Positions 30,845 through 39,563 of a stretch of 63,300 nucleotides of DNA are shown piece after piece (the stretch's first letter is position 1; every line of letters starts with the position of its first letter). The translations under genes were made by a program, and so were the position numbers. Below the pieces are notes generated by a model. That model was not told the origin of the DNA and did no database searches. It saw only the letters and a list, made by a program, of their open reading frames with translations. This DNA is from Dehalococcoidia bacterium (GTDB lineage Bacteria; Chloroflexota; Dehalococcoidia; GIF9; AB-539-J10), in the NCBI GenBank assembly GCA_030665785.1, contig DAOUZA010000001.1, positions 1-63,300 of the forward strand. The letters run 5' to 3'.

Positions 30845-31329
30845 CTCTCCTTCCCGATTAAAGCTATAGATTGAGCAGCTATTCCCTCCCCTCTGCCGAT
30901 AAAGCCTAAACCGTTGGTGGTAGTGGCTTTTACTGTTATCTGTGATGGTTTGATGTTTAGTGAATGGCTAATTTGTTTCCTCATTTCGAAGGTGAAGGGG
31001 GCCAGTTTGGGATATTGAGCAATGATGGTAACATCGATGTTGACTATCTTGATTTTTTTTCTACTTATTTGTTCAGCGATTTTGCTCAATAAGGTTAAGC
31101 TGGAGATATTTTCGTACTCTGGCTTTTCTGGGGGAAATTGGGTGCCGATATCGCCTAAATCAGCAGCACCGCATAAAGCATCGATTATGGCATGAGCCAC
31201 CACATCAGCGTCACTATATCCCGATAAGCCTTTATCAAAAGGGATATGAACTCCTCCCAGGATCAGCTTGCGTCCTGGAGCAAGGGGGTGGCAATCATAG
31301 CCGATGCCCACTCTCAGCATCACTAACAA
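30841..31329 (-). CDS. ispF: 2-C-methyl-D-erythritol 2,4-cyclodiphosphate synthase
   Basis: 162 aa. IGIGYDCH and GYSDADVVAHA. Confidence 0.95.
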   Translation of the reverse strand: MLVMLRVGIGYDCHPLAPGRKLILGGVHIPFDKGLSGYSDADVVAHAIIDALCGAADLGDIGTQFPPEKPEYENISSLTLLSKIAEQISRKKIKIVNIDVTIIAQYPKLAPFTFEMRKQISHSLNIKPSQITVKATTTNGLGFIGRGEGIAAQSIALIGKES

Positions 31330-31993
31330 TGACCTCCGCTAAAGATAGATCGGCAGGGGTGGTTACCTTTATATTATTGTAATCGCCCAGGTAAAGCTTT
31401 ACCTTGTAGCCAAGAAGCTCAACAACAGCAGCATCATCAGTCACTTCTACGGTGAGTGCTTCATAGGCTTTTGTTATTATCTCAAATTTGAACATCTGTG
31501 GGGTTTGTGCTATCCATAGCTCGCTGCGCTGGAGAGTTTTTTTAATTATTTCAGCGTCATTGGCAAGTTTAATTGTTTCGTTAACCGGCACCGCAGCTAT
31601 AGCTGCTCCGGTTTCCCTCGCTGCTTCTACCCCCTTTTGGATTAAATTCAGAGTCAGGAAAGGACGTGCTCCATCATGAATCATAACCCAGGTGCAATTT
31701 ACTAGCTTATGCAGGCCTCGCTTTACAGAATCTTGCCGCAATGAACCACCGGGGTATATATCACTAACCTTAGTCCATGCTCTTTCTCTGGCTAATTTTT
31801 GCCCTAACTCCAGGTCTTCGCTTCTCAGCGCAATAACTATTTGGTTAATCAAGTCGCATTTTTGGCAGGTGTCTACCGACCAGGCTAACAAAGGTTTGTT
31901 TCCCAAGGTGGCAAAGATTTTATTCAGGTTACCCATTCTCTGGCTATCGCCTGCAGCGGCTATGATAGCTCCTAACTTGGGGGTCTTATTCAT
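31295..31993 (-). CDS. ispD: 2-C-methyl-D-erythritol 4-phosphate cytidylyltransferase
   Basis: AIIAAAGDSQRMG. The track start is GTG 32002. ATG 31993 with GAGGTGAGGG upstream is preferred. Confidence 0.92.
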   Translation of the reverse strand: MNKTPKLGAIIAAAGDSQRMGNLNKIFATLGNKPLLAWSVDTCQKCDLINQIVIALRSEDLELGQKLARERAWTKVSDIYPGGSLRQDSVKRGLHKLVNCTWVMIHDGARPFLTLNLIQKGVEAARETGAAIAAVPVNETIKLANDAEIIKKTLQRSELWIAQTPQMFKFEIITKAYEALTVEVTDDAAVVELLGYKVKLYLGDYNNIKVTTPADLSLAEVIVSDAESGHRL

Positions 31994-32003
31994 CACCCTC
32001 ACC

Positions 32004-33425
32004 TCAATCCTCTCCCTTCAAGGGAGAGGAGTTATGCCCTCGTTTGATAAGTCCTAATCGAAGGGCTTCGCCTAGAGAATTAGCTTCGAGCAGTTGAATA
32101 TCGACGTGGTTAAGCACGGGTTTTTGGGATAGTTTGGGGAGGAGGCAGGTTTTAAGGCCCAGCCTAGCTGCTTCAGCGATTCGTCTTTCTACCTGTGGTA
32201 CAGTTCTAAGCTCTCCGTTTAGCCCTATTTCGCCGAACACAGCTGAGCCTGGAATCGGGACACGGTCGCTAAAGCTAGAAGCAATGGCTAAGGCAATTCC
32301 AAGGTCAGTCGCTGGCTCACTAAGTCTCAATCCACCGGTGACGTTGACGATAACATCCTGGTTAAAAAGTCTTAGCCCAGCGCGTTTGGTAAGCACAGCG
32401 ATGATTAGAAGCAGGCGGTTAAAGTCAACGCCGTTGGCGATGCGTCTTGGCAGAGTAAAGCTGGTTGTGGTGGTTAATGCTTGTAGCTCCACGAGCAAGG
32501 GGCGACTCCCTTCAAGTGTGGGCACTACCACTGAGCCTGCGGTGGCATCGGTATGCGTGGATAACAAAGCTTGGGATGGGTTATCTATTTCCACTAACCC
32601 ACTGTTGCCCATTTCGAAAAGTCCAACCTCATTAGTGGAGCCGAAGCGGTTTTTAATACCTCGCAGCACACGGTAGCTGCCGAAAGGCTCACCTTCGAAA
32701 TAAAGGACTACATCGACTATGTGTTCCAACGTTCCAGGACCAGCAATAGAACCGTCTTTGGTCACATGACCGGCAAGCAGTACTGGCACATCATTTTCCT
32801 TTGCCCAGCGCATTATCCTCGATGTGCATTCACGCACTTGAGAGACGCTACCTGGCATCCCGGAGATATCTTCCAGGTACATAGTTTGAATGGAGTCAAT
32901 GACCACCAATTTAGGTGAAATTTCCTCCAAATGCTCAATAATAATAGCTATGTCGGCTTCAGAGAGAAAGAGAAGCCCCTCACCACTTATTTTCAAACGT
33001 TCGGCCCTGAGTTTAACTTGATTGATGGATTCTTCTCCAGAAATATAGCCCACAGGTCGTTTATCTTTAGCTATCATTGCTGAAGCTTGAAGTAACAGTG
33101 TGGATTTGCCTACTCCAGGTTCTCCGGCGATGAGGACTACGGAGCCAGGCACTAAACCGCCTCCTAGAACACGGTTTATCTCAGAGAAACCGAGGCTGAG
33201 GCGGGACAGTGTGCTCTTCTCTACTTTGGAAAGCTCCTGGGGTTTATTTCTTTTAAGGGTGGTTCTGCTGTAAGAGAGGTGAGAAGCACTGACAGTTGTT
33301 TCTACGAAGCTATTCCATGTGCCACAATCAGGGCAATGGCCTAACCATTTAGGACTTTCCTTTCCACACTGCTGGCAAACAAAAACGGTTTTGGATTTTA
33401 ATCTACCATGATTACTAGCTTTCAA
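32004..33425 (-). CDS. radA: DNA repair protein RadA
   Basis: 473 aa. Zn ribbon CQQCG...CPDCG, Walker A GEPGVGKST, KNRFG and a Lon-like C-terminal domain. The last 7 codons (SSPLKGE of the 11-codon tail GHNSSPLKGED) lie in a hairpin repeat. Confidence 0.95.
   Translation of the reverse strand: MKASNHGRLKSKTVFVCQQCGKESPKWLGHCPDCGTWNSFVETTVSASHLSYSRTTLKRNKPQELSKVEKSTLSRLSLGFSEINRVLGGGLVPGSVVLIAGEPGVGKSTLLLQASAMIAKDKRPVGYISGEESINQVKLRAERLKISGEGLLFLSEADIAIIIEHLEEISPKLVVIDSIQTMYLEDISGMPGSVSQVRECTSRIMRWAKENDVPVLLAGHVTKDGSIAGPGTLEHIVDVVLYFEGEPFGSYRVLRGIKNRFGSTNEVGLFEMGNSGLVEIDNPSQALLSTHTDATAGSVVVPTLEGSRPLLVELQALTTTTSFTLPRRIANGVDFNRLLLIIAVLTKRAGLRLFNQDVIVNVTGGLRLSEPATDLGIALAIASSFSDRVPIPGSAVFGEIGLNGELRTVPQVERRIAEAARLGLKTCLLPKLSQKPVLNHVDIQLLEANSLGEALRLGLIKRGHNSSPLKGED
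32009..32029. repeat. hairpin CCTCTCCC-ttcaa-GGGAGAGG inside the last codons of radA
   Basis: Perfect 8-bp stem. Same family as 20667..20689. Confidence 0.8.
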
Positions 33426-33455
33426 GTTAGCTGGTTAACATTTTGTGACTACAAG

Positions 33456-35300
33456 TTATATTTCCTTTGCCATCTCAGAAAGTCCAAGCTGTTCCAATTT
33501 TTTCTTCGTTGGCTTACCTGTCGCTACATCCCATCCCCGCTCTTTGTAATGTCCGCGCATTAGAGTTTCCATATCTGGCTCTTTGCCCTGTGATGTTCCT
33601 TCTGAGAGTGGTTTTGTGACTATCTTTGGGAGCTTATCATCCTCCTTGGTGATACCAAGCTTGATATTAATCACACGCTTCAGATTGAAGCTTCGCTCAC
33701 CTGCCATCATAAGCGAATCAGGATTGAAATCCCATCCTGTAACTGCGTTTAGTAATCCGGCTATACGTTCAGGTGATACTATAGTCGAATAAGTACACAA
33801 GGGAAGCGAGTTGAAGAGGTCCCTCAAGTTCTGGTATCTAGCAACCATGGCGCCTTTATTCTCAGATGATTCGAATCTATCTCCTGGGGCAACTTCAATC
33901 TCAGGAACCCCCCGCCCCATATCAACCATATAGTAATCTCCTTTCGTGTGGCATGCGCCGCGAGGCGATGTAGCGTAATCCACGGCGTCTCCGAAAAACG
34001 CTCTAGGGTCATGCATTGGAAATTCTAATCCCTTTACATGTGCTGCTTCATCTTGTGAGACACCAAATTTCTCCGCTATTCTTTTCACCCCTTCAGCCAA
34101 GATGTCTCCTGCTCCTTCTCTTTTTGCGATTTTTTCAACAAGGCCAACAATAGCTTTACTGTCTCCCCACTTCATTTCCATTCCGATCTTGTCTTTCGTG
34201 AGCACACCTTTCTCATACAAGTACATTACGAATGCTATTGAGACCCCTGTCGAGATTGTGTCAATTCCGTAATCGTTGCATAAGTGATTGGCATAGACAA
34301 TGGAATCAAGATCAAAATTCATACAGCATGGACCGAGAGCGACAGCGCTCTCATATTCAGGGCCATCCACCTTATCTATTCCATGGTGACCATATTCTGT
34401 CAATCTTCCACAGCCTACAGGACAGCCATAACAAGCAACCGATTTTACGTAATAATTCTGCTTCAACGCCTTCCCGTCTATCTCCTCAACAGGAAAGACA
34501 GATTTAGAAAAATACTTTGCCGGGGCATCTGATAGATACATTGCCATGTCGAGATACCCCACTGACCCGAACTCACTGAACATTTCTTTGGTAGATAAGG
34601 CAGTCAGGTCTGTTATTGGGACAACCAAAGCCGTTTTTATATCTTCCTTAAGTTTGCCTGAATTTGCCACGCTTGGTCTTCTATCTCCATATGTAACGAT
34701 TGCCTTTAGCTTTTTAGCGCCCATGACAGCCCCTAATCCGCATCTTCCCGCTGCCCTTCCAGCGTCATTCATTATGGCAGCATACTTAACGAGATTTTCA
34801 CCACCTTGCCCAATAGCAGATATCCTTGCCCTCTTGTTTCCTACTTCTGCCATCAGGGCATCTCTTGTTTGGTAGACCCCTTTTCCCCATAAATGGGAGG
34901 CATCTTTTATTTCTGCAGCCCCGTCGTGCATCAGGAGATAAACAGGCTTATCGGAACGTCCCACTATCATGACGCCATCGTAACCCGTGGATTTCAGTGC
35001 AACTCCGAAGAACCCCCCGGTGCTCGATTCTCCCCATACACCGGTAAGTGGCGATTTGGCACAGATAGTATGTCGACCGGTGGATGGGACTGCACTACCG
35101 GTAAAAGGTCCTGTGATGAAAATGAGGGGATTTTCTGGGCCCAATGGGTCGAGGTTTTTGCTCAGTACTGGATACATCAACTTCGCTGCAAGCCCGGCTC
35201 CACCTATGAATTTCCTCAAATCATCTTCTTTTAGCTCTATATCCTTTGTCTGTCGAGTGCTTAAATCAACCTGTAAGATTTTTCCGTGATAGCCGTACAT
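33456..35300 (-). CDS. aldehyde:ferredoxin oxidoreductase (tungstopterin AOR family)
   Basis: 614 aa. AOR N-terminus MYGYHGKILQVDLS, cluster region CYGCPVGCG, and the correct length. AAAGGAGG SD. Confidence 0.93.
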   Translation of the reverse strand: MYGYHGKILQVDLSTRQTKDIELKEDDLRKFIGGAGLAAKLMYPVLSKNLDPLGPENPLIFITGPFTGSAVPSTGRHTICAKSPLTGVWGESSTGGFFGVALKSTGYDGVMIVGRSDKPVYLLMHDGAAEIKDASHLWGKGVYQTRDALMAEVGNKRARISAIGQGGENLVKYAAIMNDAGRAAGRCGLGAVMGAKKLKAIVTYGDRRPSVANSGKLKEDIKTALVVPITDLTALSTKEMFSEFGSVGYLDMAMYLSDAPAKYFSKSVFPVEEIDGKALKQNYYVKSVACYGCPVGCGRLTEYGHHGIDKVDGPEYESAVALGPCCMNFDLDSIVYANHLCNDYGIDTISTGVSIAFVMYLYEKGVLTKDKIGMEMKWGDSKAIVGLVEKIAKREGAGDILAEGVKRIAEKFGVSQDEAAHVKGLEFPMHDPRAFFGDAVDYATSPRGACHTKGDYYMVDMGRGVPEIEVAPGDRFESSENKGAMVARYQNLRDLFNSLPLCTYSTIVSPERIAGLLNAVTGWDFNPDSLMMAGERSFNLKRVINIKLGITKEDDKLPKIVTKPLSEGTSQGKEPDMETLMRGHYKERGWDVATGKPTKKKLEQLGLSEMAKEI

Positions 35301-35321
35301 TTCAATTCCTCCTTTTAACTT

Positions 35322-36581
35322 TTAAAAGTCGATATCTTTCCCTTCGTAGGCATAGTCAAGCATTTTCTTAATGTCAATGATGGAGGTAGGTCTTGGGCTT
35401 GCCCCTGTGCATGCGTCTTCCCAGGCATGCTTGGCGACATCGGCAAGGTTTTTCTGCCATCTCTCCTTGGTGATGCCATGCTCCTTCAAGGCATAGGGCA
35501 CCTTAAAGCTCAAAAGAAATTCCTTGAACCTGTCAACGAGTTTCTGAAGGCATTCTTCCTCATCTTTTGCCTCAATCCCAATTTTCTGGGCTAATTGCAC
35601 ATATTTTTTGCTTGCTCTGGAATAGTATTGTATTGCATAGGGTATGAAAATACTCACTGCTATTCCATGGTGGATGCCAAATACCTTTCCTACTGAGTGC
35701 CCCAGGCTATGCGTTAGTGCCGCTTGGCTATTTCCAAATGCAAGTCCAGCTATCGTTGCTGCCAGTTGCATGCGGTATCTTGCCTCCATATCATTTGGGT
35801 TTTTATATGCTCGGGGCAGGAACTTGAATATTAGTTCTATAGATTTTATTGCCAGGGCATCGCAGATATCAGTATCATAACAGGTCAAGTAGCCATCAAC
35901 TGAATGTGCTAAAGCATCTAAGCCTGTACCTGCAGTTAGCATGGGTGGCATTCCAACGGTGAATTCTGGAAGTAGAACTGCGAAGTCGGGAACTATTTCC
36001 GCTGAGGAAACTTCGATCTTTACCGGGGGGGTGACGGAATCATCGGTCAACACGGAAGCCCAGGTGACCTCCGAACCGGTGCCACTCGTTGTTGGATATG
36101 CTGCCAGTAGTGCCTTTTTCCTTAATCCCATGGGAAGCAGTGGGCTTACCGCTTTCAGGTCGTATCCCGGTAATTCATAGAGTATCCATGCGGCTTTGGC
36201 CAGATCCATTGTGGAGCCACCACCTACCGCAATGATGAGGTCAGGTTCGAATTTTGTCATCTCAGCGGCACATTTTTCCACCAGGCTTACCGGAGGTTCT
36301 GGAGCAGACTCGTTCCAAATCGTTGTCTGAAAGCCGGCTTCTTGGAAATCTTTAGCAACACTCCTGGCGTGTCTTTCTACAACAGTGTCGCTTAAAATGA
36401 ACGCCTTTCTTCTTTCACGCATAAAGGCGACAAGCATTGATAATGCCGTTGCCCCTATTCTCCCGGTAAAGATCGCCCTCGGTGCAAAAAAGTGTCCATA
36501 GATTTCCTTAATAGCTTCGCCCCCCATTGTGGACAACATTGTCTGCATTACGGGGTCTATATACCACATTTTAGCGGCCAT
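35322..36581 (-). CDS. iron-containing alcohol dehydrogenase
   Basis: 419 aa. GGGSTMDLAKA and the metal-site His cluster HSLGH...HG. AAAGGAGG SD. Confidence 0.9.
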   Translation of the reverse strand: MAAKMWYIDPVMQTMLSTMGGEAIKEIYGHFFAPRAIFTGRIGATALSMLVAFMRERRKAFILSDTVVERHARSVAKDFQEAGFQTTIWNESAPEPPVSLVEKCAAEMTKFEPDLIIAVGGGSTMDLAKAAWILYELPGYDLKAVSPLLPMGLRKKALLAAYPTTSGTGSEVTWASVLTDDSVTPPVKIEVSSAEIVPDFAVLLPEFTVGMPPMLTAGTGLDALAHSVDGYLTCYDTDICDALAIKSIELIFKFLPRAYKNPNDMEARYRMQLAATIAGLAFGNSQAALTHSLGHSVGKVFGIHHGIAVSIFIPYAIQYYSRASKKYVQLAQKIGIEAKDEEECLQKLVDRFKEFLLSFKVPYALKEHGITKERWQKNLADVAKHAWEDACTGASPRPTSIIDIKKMLDYAYEGKDIDF

Positions 36582-36639
36582 TTTTACCTCCTTTTAATTT
36601 TTAATTACCTGCCCCTTTGCGTTGCTCAGGACAAATTAC

Positions 36640-36861
36640 CTAATATTCAATAACAGCTATCAGCTGGCCTGTTTTGACCACTTGATTGGGTGAAACCCCC
36701 ACCTCTACGACTGACCCTTTCACAGGGGCTAATATTGGGTTTTCCATCTTCATCGCTTCTATAACGCAAATTGTATCGCCTTCATTCACCGAATTACCTT
36801 GAGTAACCTCAACGCTTAGTATTTTGCCTGGTATCGGTGCTTCGATTACCTCTTGTGCCAC
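36640..36861 (-). CDS. stand-alone biotinyl/lipoyl-carrier domain protein
   Basis: 73 aa. Biotinylation motif VIEAMKMEN. GTG start 2 nt after the clpC stop. Confidence 0.8.
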   Translation of the reverse strand: MAQEVIEAPIPGKILSVEVTQGNSVNEGDTICVIEAMKMENPILAPVKGSVVEVGVSPNQVVKTGQLIAVIEY

Positions 36862-36863
36862 TA

Positions 36864-39317
36864 TTATAAGCTTTCCTTAACCAGCGATTGTATCACAATT
36901 TTCTCATCTTCACAATCTACCACAACAGTATCGCCGGGGAGAAAATCACCGTGCAGCAAAGCTTCAGAGAGTTGATTCTCCACCATTTCTTGGATTGTGC
37001 GTCGCAATGGGCGTGCTCCAAAAACAGGGTCATAGCCTTTGTCACCGAGGAGGTCTTTGGCAGCTTCGGTAACCTCTAAAGCTATATTCTTTTCCTTGAG
37101 TGAACCAATAATCTCGTTAAGCATTAAATCGACAATCTGGCGGATGTGTTCTTTAGTTAAGGCGTGGAAAACCACGGTGGAATCGATGCGGTTGAGAAAC
37201 TCAGGGCGGAAAGTTTTCTTCACTTCCCCGAGCACCTTTTCCTTCATCTTATCGTATTCGATTTGCTTGTCACTATCACCATGAATATCGAAGCCAATGC
37301 TCATATTGCGTTTTATTAGCTCAGCTCCAATATTACTGGTCATGATTATAATGCTATTACGGAAATCAACGCGACGTCCCTTGGCATCACTTAAATGACC
37401 ATCGTCGAAAATCTGGAGCAGTATATTAAACACATCGTAATGAGCCTTCTCAATCTCATCAAGGAGGATGCAGCAGTAAGATTTCCGCCTCACTGCCTCG
37501 GTTAATTGCCCACCCTCTTCATAGCCAATATATCCTGGTGGTGAACCAACTAAGCGAGCCACAGTATGACGCTCCATAAATTCCGACATATCAAGTCTAA
37601 TTAATGTATCCTCGCTACCAAACATAAATTCTGCTAAAGCTCTTGCTAACTCAGTTTTGCCGACGCCAGTGGGTCCGAGGAATATGAAGGCACCTATTGG
37701 GCGTCGCGGGTCTTTCAATCCAGCTCGAGCCCTTCTTACTGCTTTAGCGATAATTTCTATCGCTTCGTCCTGACCAATGATACGACGATGCAGAGCCTCT
37801 TCCATATGGAGAAGGCGGCTAGTTTCATCAGTGGATAACTTCACCACTGGTATCCCCGTCCACATGCTAACTGTTTCAGCGATATCCTCTTTTGTCACTA
37901 TAGGTTTATCTAATTCTTGTTTTGATTGCCATTCCTTTTCCAGGGTTTCGATTTTTTGTGCAAGCTGCACTTCCCGCTCCCGCAGTTCACTGGAATATTC
38001 ATATTGAAGGGCAGCAATGGCAGTCTCTTTTTCCTTGCGTATACTTTCCAGAGCCTGTTTTGCCTCGGTTAAGCTAACCGGTGCACTACCGCGCTTAATG
38101 CGTACCCTGGAGCTAGCTTCATCTACTAGATCAATAGCTTTATCGGGGAGATAACGGTCAGCGATATATCTTGCAGCTAGGGATGTTGCTTCCTGCAGTG
38201 CTTCATCGTTAATGGCCAGGCAATGAAATTGCTCATAGCGATGCTTAATGCCTCGCAGGATTTCCACCGTTTCTTCCTTAGTAGGTTCAGGCACTAAGAT
38301 AGGTTGGAAGCGTCGTTCCAAGGCAGGGTCTTTCTCGACATACTTGCGATAATCATTCAGGGTAGTGGCACCAATACACTGTATCTCACCCCGGGACAAC
38401 GAAGGTTTTAAAATATTAGCAGCATCGACGGCACCTTCAGCAGCTCCAGCGCCAACGATAGTCTGCATTTCATCGATGAATAGGATACAATTTCCTGAAG
38501 CTTTCTCTTCTTCAATAATCCTTTTGAGCCTTTCCTCAAATTCACCGCGATACTTTGTTCCAGCTACTAAAGCACCAATATCTAGAGCAACTATCCTTTT
38601 GCCCTGTAGCGCTTCAGGAACCTCTCCCTTTACTATGCGCTGGGCTAATCCTTCCACTATAGCTGTTTTACCAACGCCTGGTTCACCGATGAGGGCAGGA
38701 TTGTTCTTAGTGCGGCGGCTTAATATCTGAATCGTTCTTTCAATTTCTGTATTACGCCCAATAATAGGGTCAAGTCTATCTGCCTTAGCTAAAGCGGTTA
38801 AATCTGTTCCAAGTTGGTCTAACATTGGTGTGCGTGAGGTGCTGCGCCCAAGAGTCCGAGCATGTGTTGCTTCATATCTGCTGACCCGATTAACCTCATC
38901 TCGCGCCTTGTCTAAAGTAACGCCCAAATTTTCTAGAACATCATAAGCTATCCCTTCATTTTCTCGTAATAATCCCAGTAAAATGTGTTCAGCGCCTATA
39001 TAGCTAGCATTGAAGTGGCGTGCCTCATCAATAGCGAATTCGATGACCTTCTTGGCTCGAGGAGCAAGCCCCACTTCATCAGTAGTACTTGGTTTTTGCC
39101 CCTTTCCAACCAGAAACTCCACCGCTGATTGCACTTTACTTTGGGAGATTCCTAAATTGGCTAAAACTTTGGAAGCTACTCCTGACTCTTGTTGTGTTAG
39201 TCCGAGCAATAAATGCTCGGTATCAATATAGTTATGCCCTAGGCGCTGCGCCTCGCCTTGAGCTCGTGTTAATACCTTACGGGCACTTTCAGAAAATCGC
39301 TCAAATCCAGTAGCCAT
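36864..39317 (-). CDS. clpC: ATP-dependent Clp protease ATP-binding subunit ClpC
   Basis: 817 aa. Clp-N repeats, two Walker A motifs ([18 protein letters not shown]) and a UVR-like linker. Confidence 0.95.
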   Translation of the reverse strand: MATGFERFSESARKVLTRAQGEAQRLGHNYIDTEHLLLGLTQQESGVASKVLANLGISQSKVQSAVEFLVGKGQKPSTTDEVGLAPRAKKVIEFAIDEARHFNASYIGAEHILLGLLRENEGIAYDVLENLGVTLDKARDEVNRVSRYEATHARTLGRSTSRTPMLDQLGTDLTALAKADRLDPIIGRNTEIERTIQILSRRTKNNPALIGEPGVGKTAIVEGLAQRIVKGEVPEALQGKRIVALDIGALVAGTKYRGEFEERLKRIIEEEKASGNCILFIDEMQTIVGAGAAEGAVDAANILKPSLSRGEIQCIGATTLNDYRKYVEKDPALERRFQPILVPEPTKEETVEILRGIKHRYEQFHCLAINDEALQEATSLAARYIADRYLPDKAIDLVDEASSRVRIKRGSAPVSLTEAKQALESIRKEKETAIAALQYEYSSELREREVQLAQKIETLEKEWQSKQELDKPIVTKEDIAETVSMWTGIPVVKLSTDETSRLLHMEEALHRRIIGQDEAIEIIAKAVRRARAGLKDPRRPIGAFIFLGPTGVGKTELARALAEFMFGSEDTLIRLDMSEFMERHTVARLVGSPPGYIGYEEGGQLTEAVRRKSYCCILLDEIEKAHYDVFNILLQIFDDGHLSDAKGRRVDFRNSIIIMTSNIGAELIKRNMSIGFDIHGDSDKQIEYDKMKEKVLGEVKKTFRPEFLNRIDSTVVFHALTKEHIRQIVDLMLNEIIGSLKEKNIALEVTEAAKDLLGDKGYDPVFGARPLRRTIQEMVENQLSEALLHGDFLPGDTVVVDCEDEKIVIQSLVKESL

Positions 39318-39353
39318 ATTTGCTCACGATATGTATAACTTACCTCTACCAAA

Positions 39354-39382
39354 ATTATAATCTCTACCTTGTTTACAGTCAA
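39354..39382 (-). promoter_or_regulatory. clpC promoter (near-consensus sigma70) with overlapping GGTAGAG direct repeat
   Basis: The minus strand reads TTGACT (39382..39377), a 17-nt spacer, then TATAAT (39359..39354). GGTAGAG occurs at 39368..39362 and 39350..39344. Confidence 0.55.
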
Positions 39383-39563
39383 GGCATTATGGTAAATAGC
39401 TGGTTCTGAGCCTGGCTTAGTTAGGTTGCCTAAATATCTTTAAATGTGGTATATTAAGATGCTTAATCTACCATCTGGGGAACGATGTTGTTTTAGCTTG
39501 CCAAATGTAACTGAAGCTGTGTGGACTAATATTTATTTTTTGGTATAGTTCGTTAGTCAAGCG

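Noticed and set aside
32134-32676. 180-aa plus-strand ORF
   Set aside because: It is antisense to radA, which has complete Zn-ribbon, Walker A, KNRFG and Lon-like motifs.
39318-39563. Canonical CtsR box or CIRCE (HrcA) element upstream of clpC
   Set aside because: There is no GGTCAAA-NAN-GGTCAAA and no TTAGCACTC-N9-GAGTGCTAA. Only the non-canonical GGTAGAG repeat, reported as a finding, is present.
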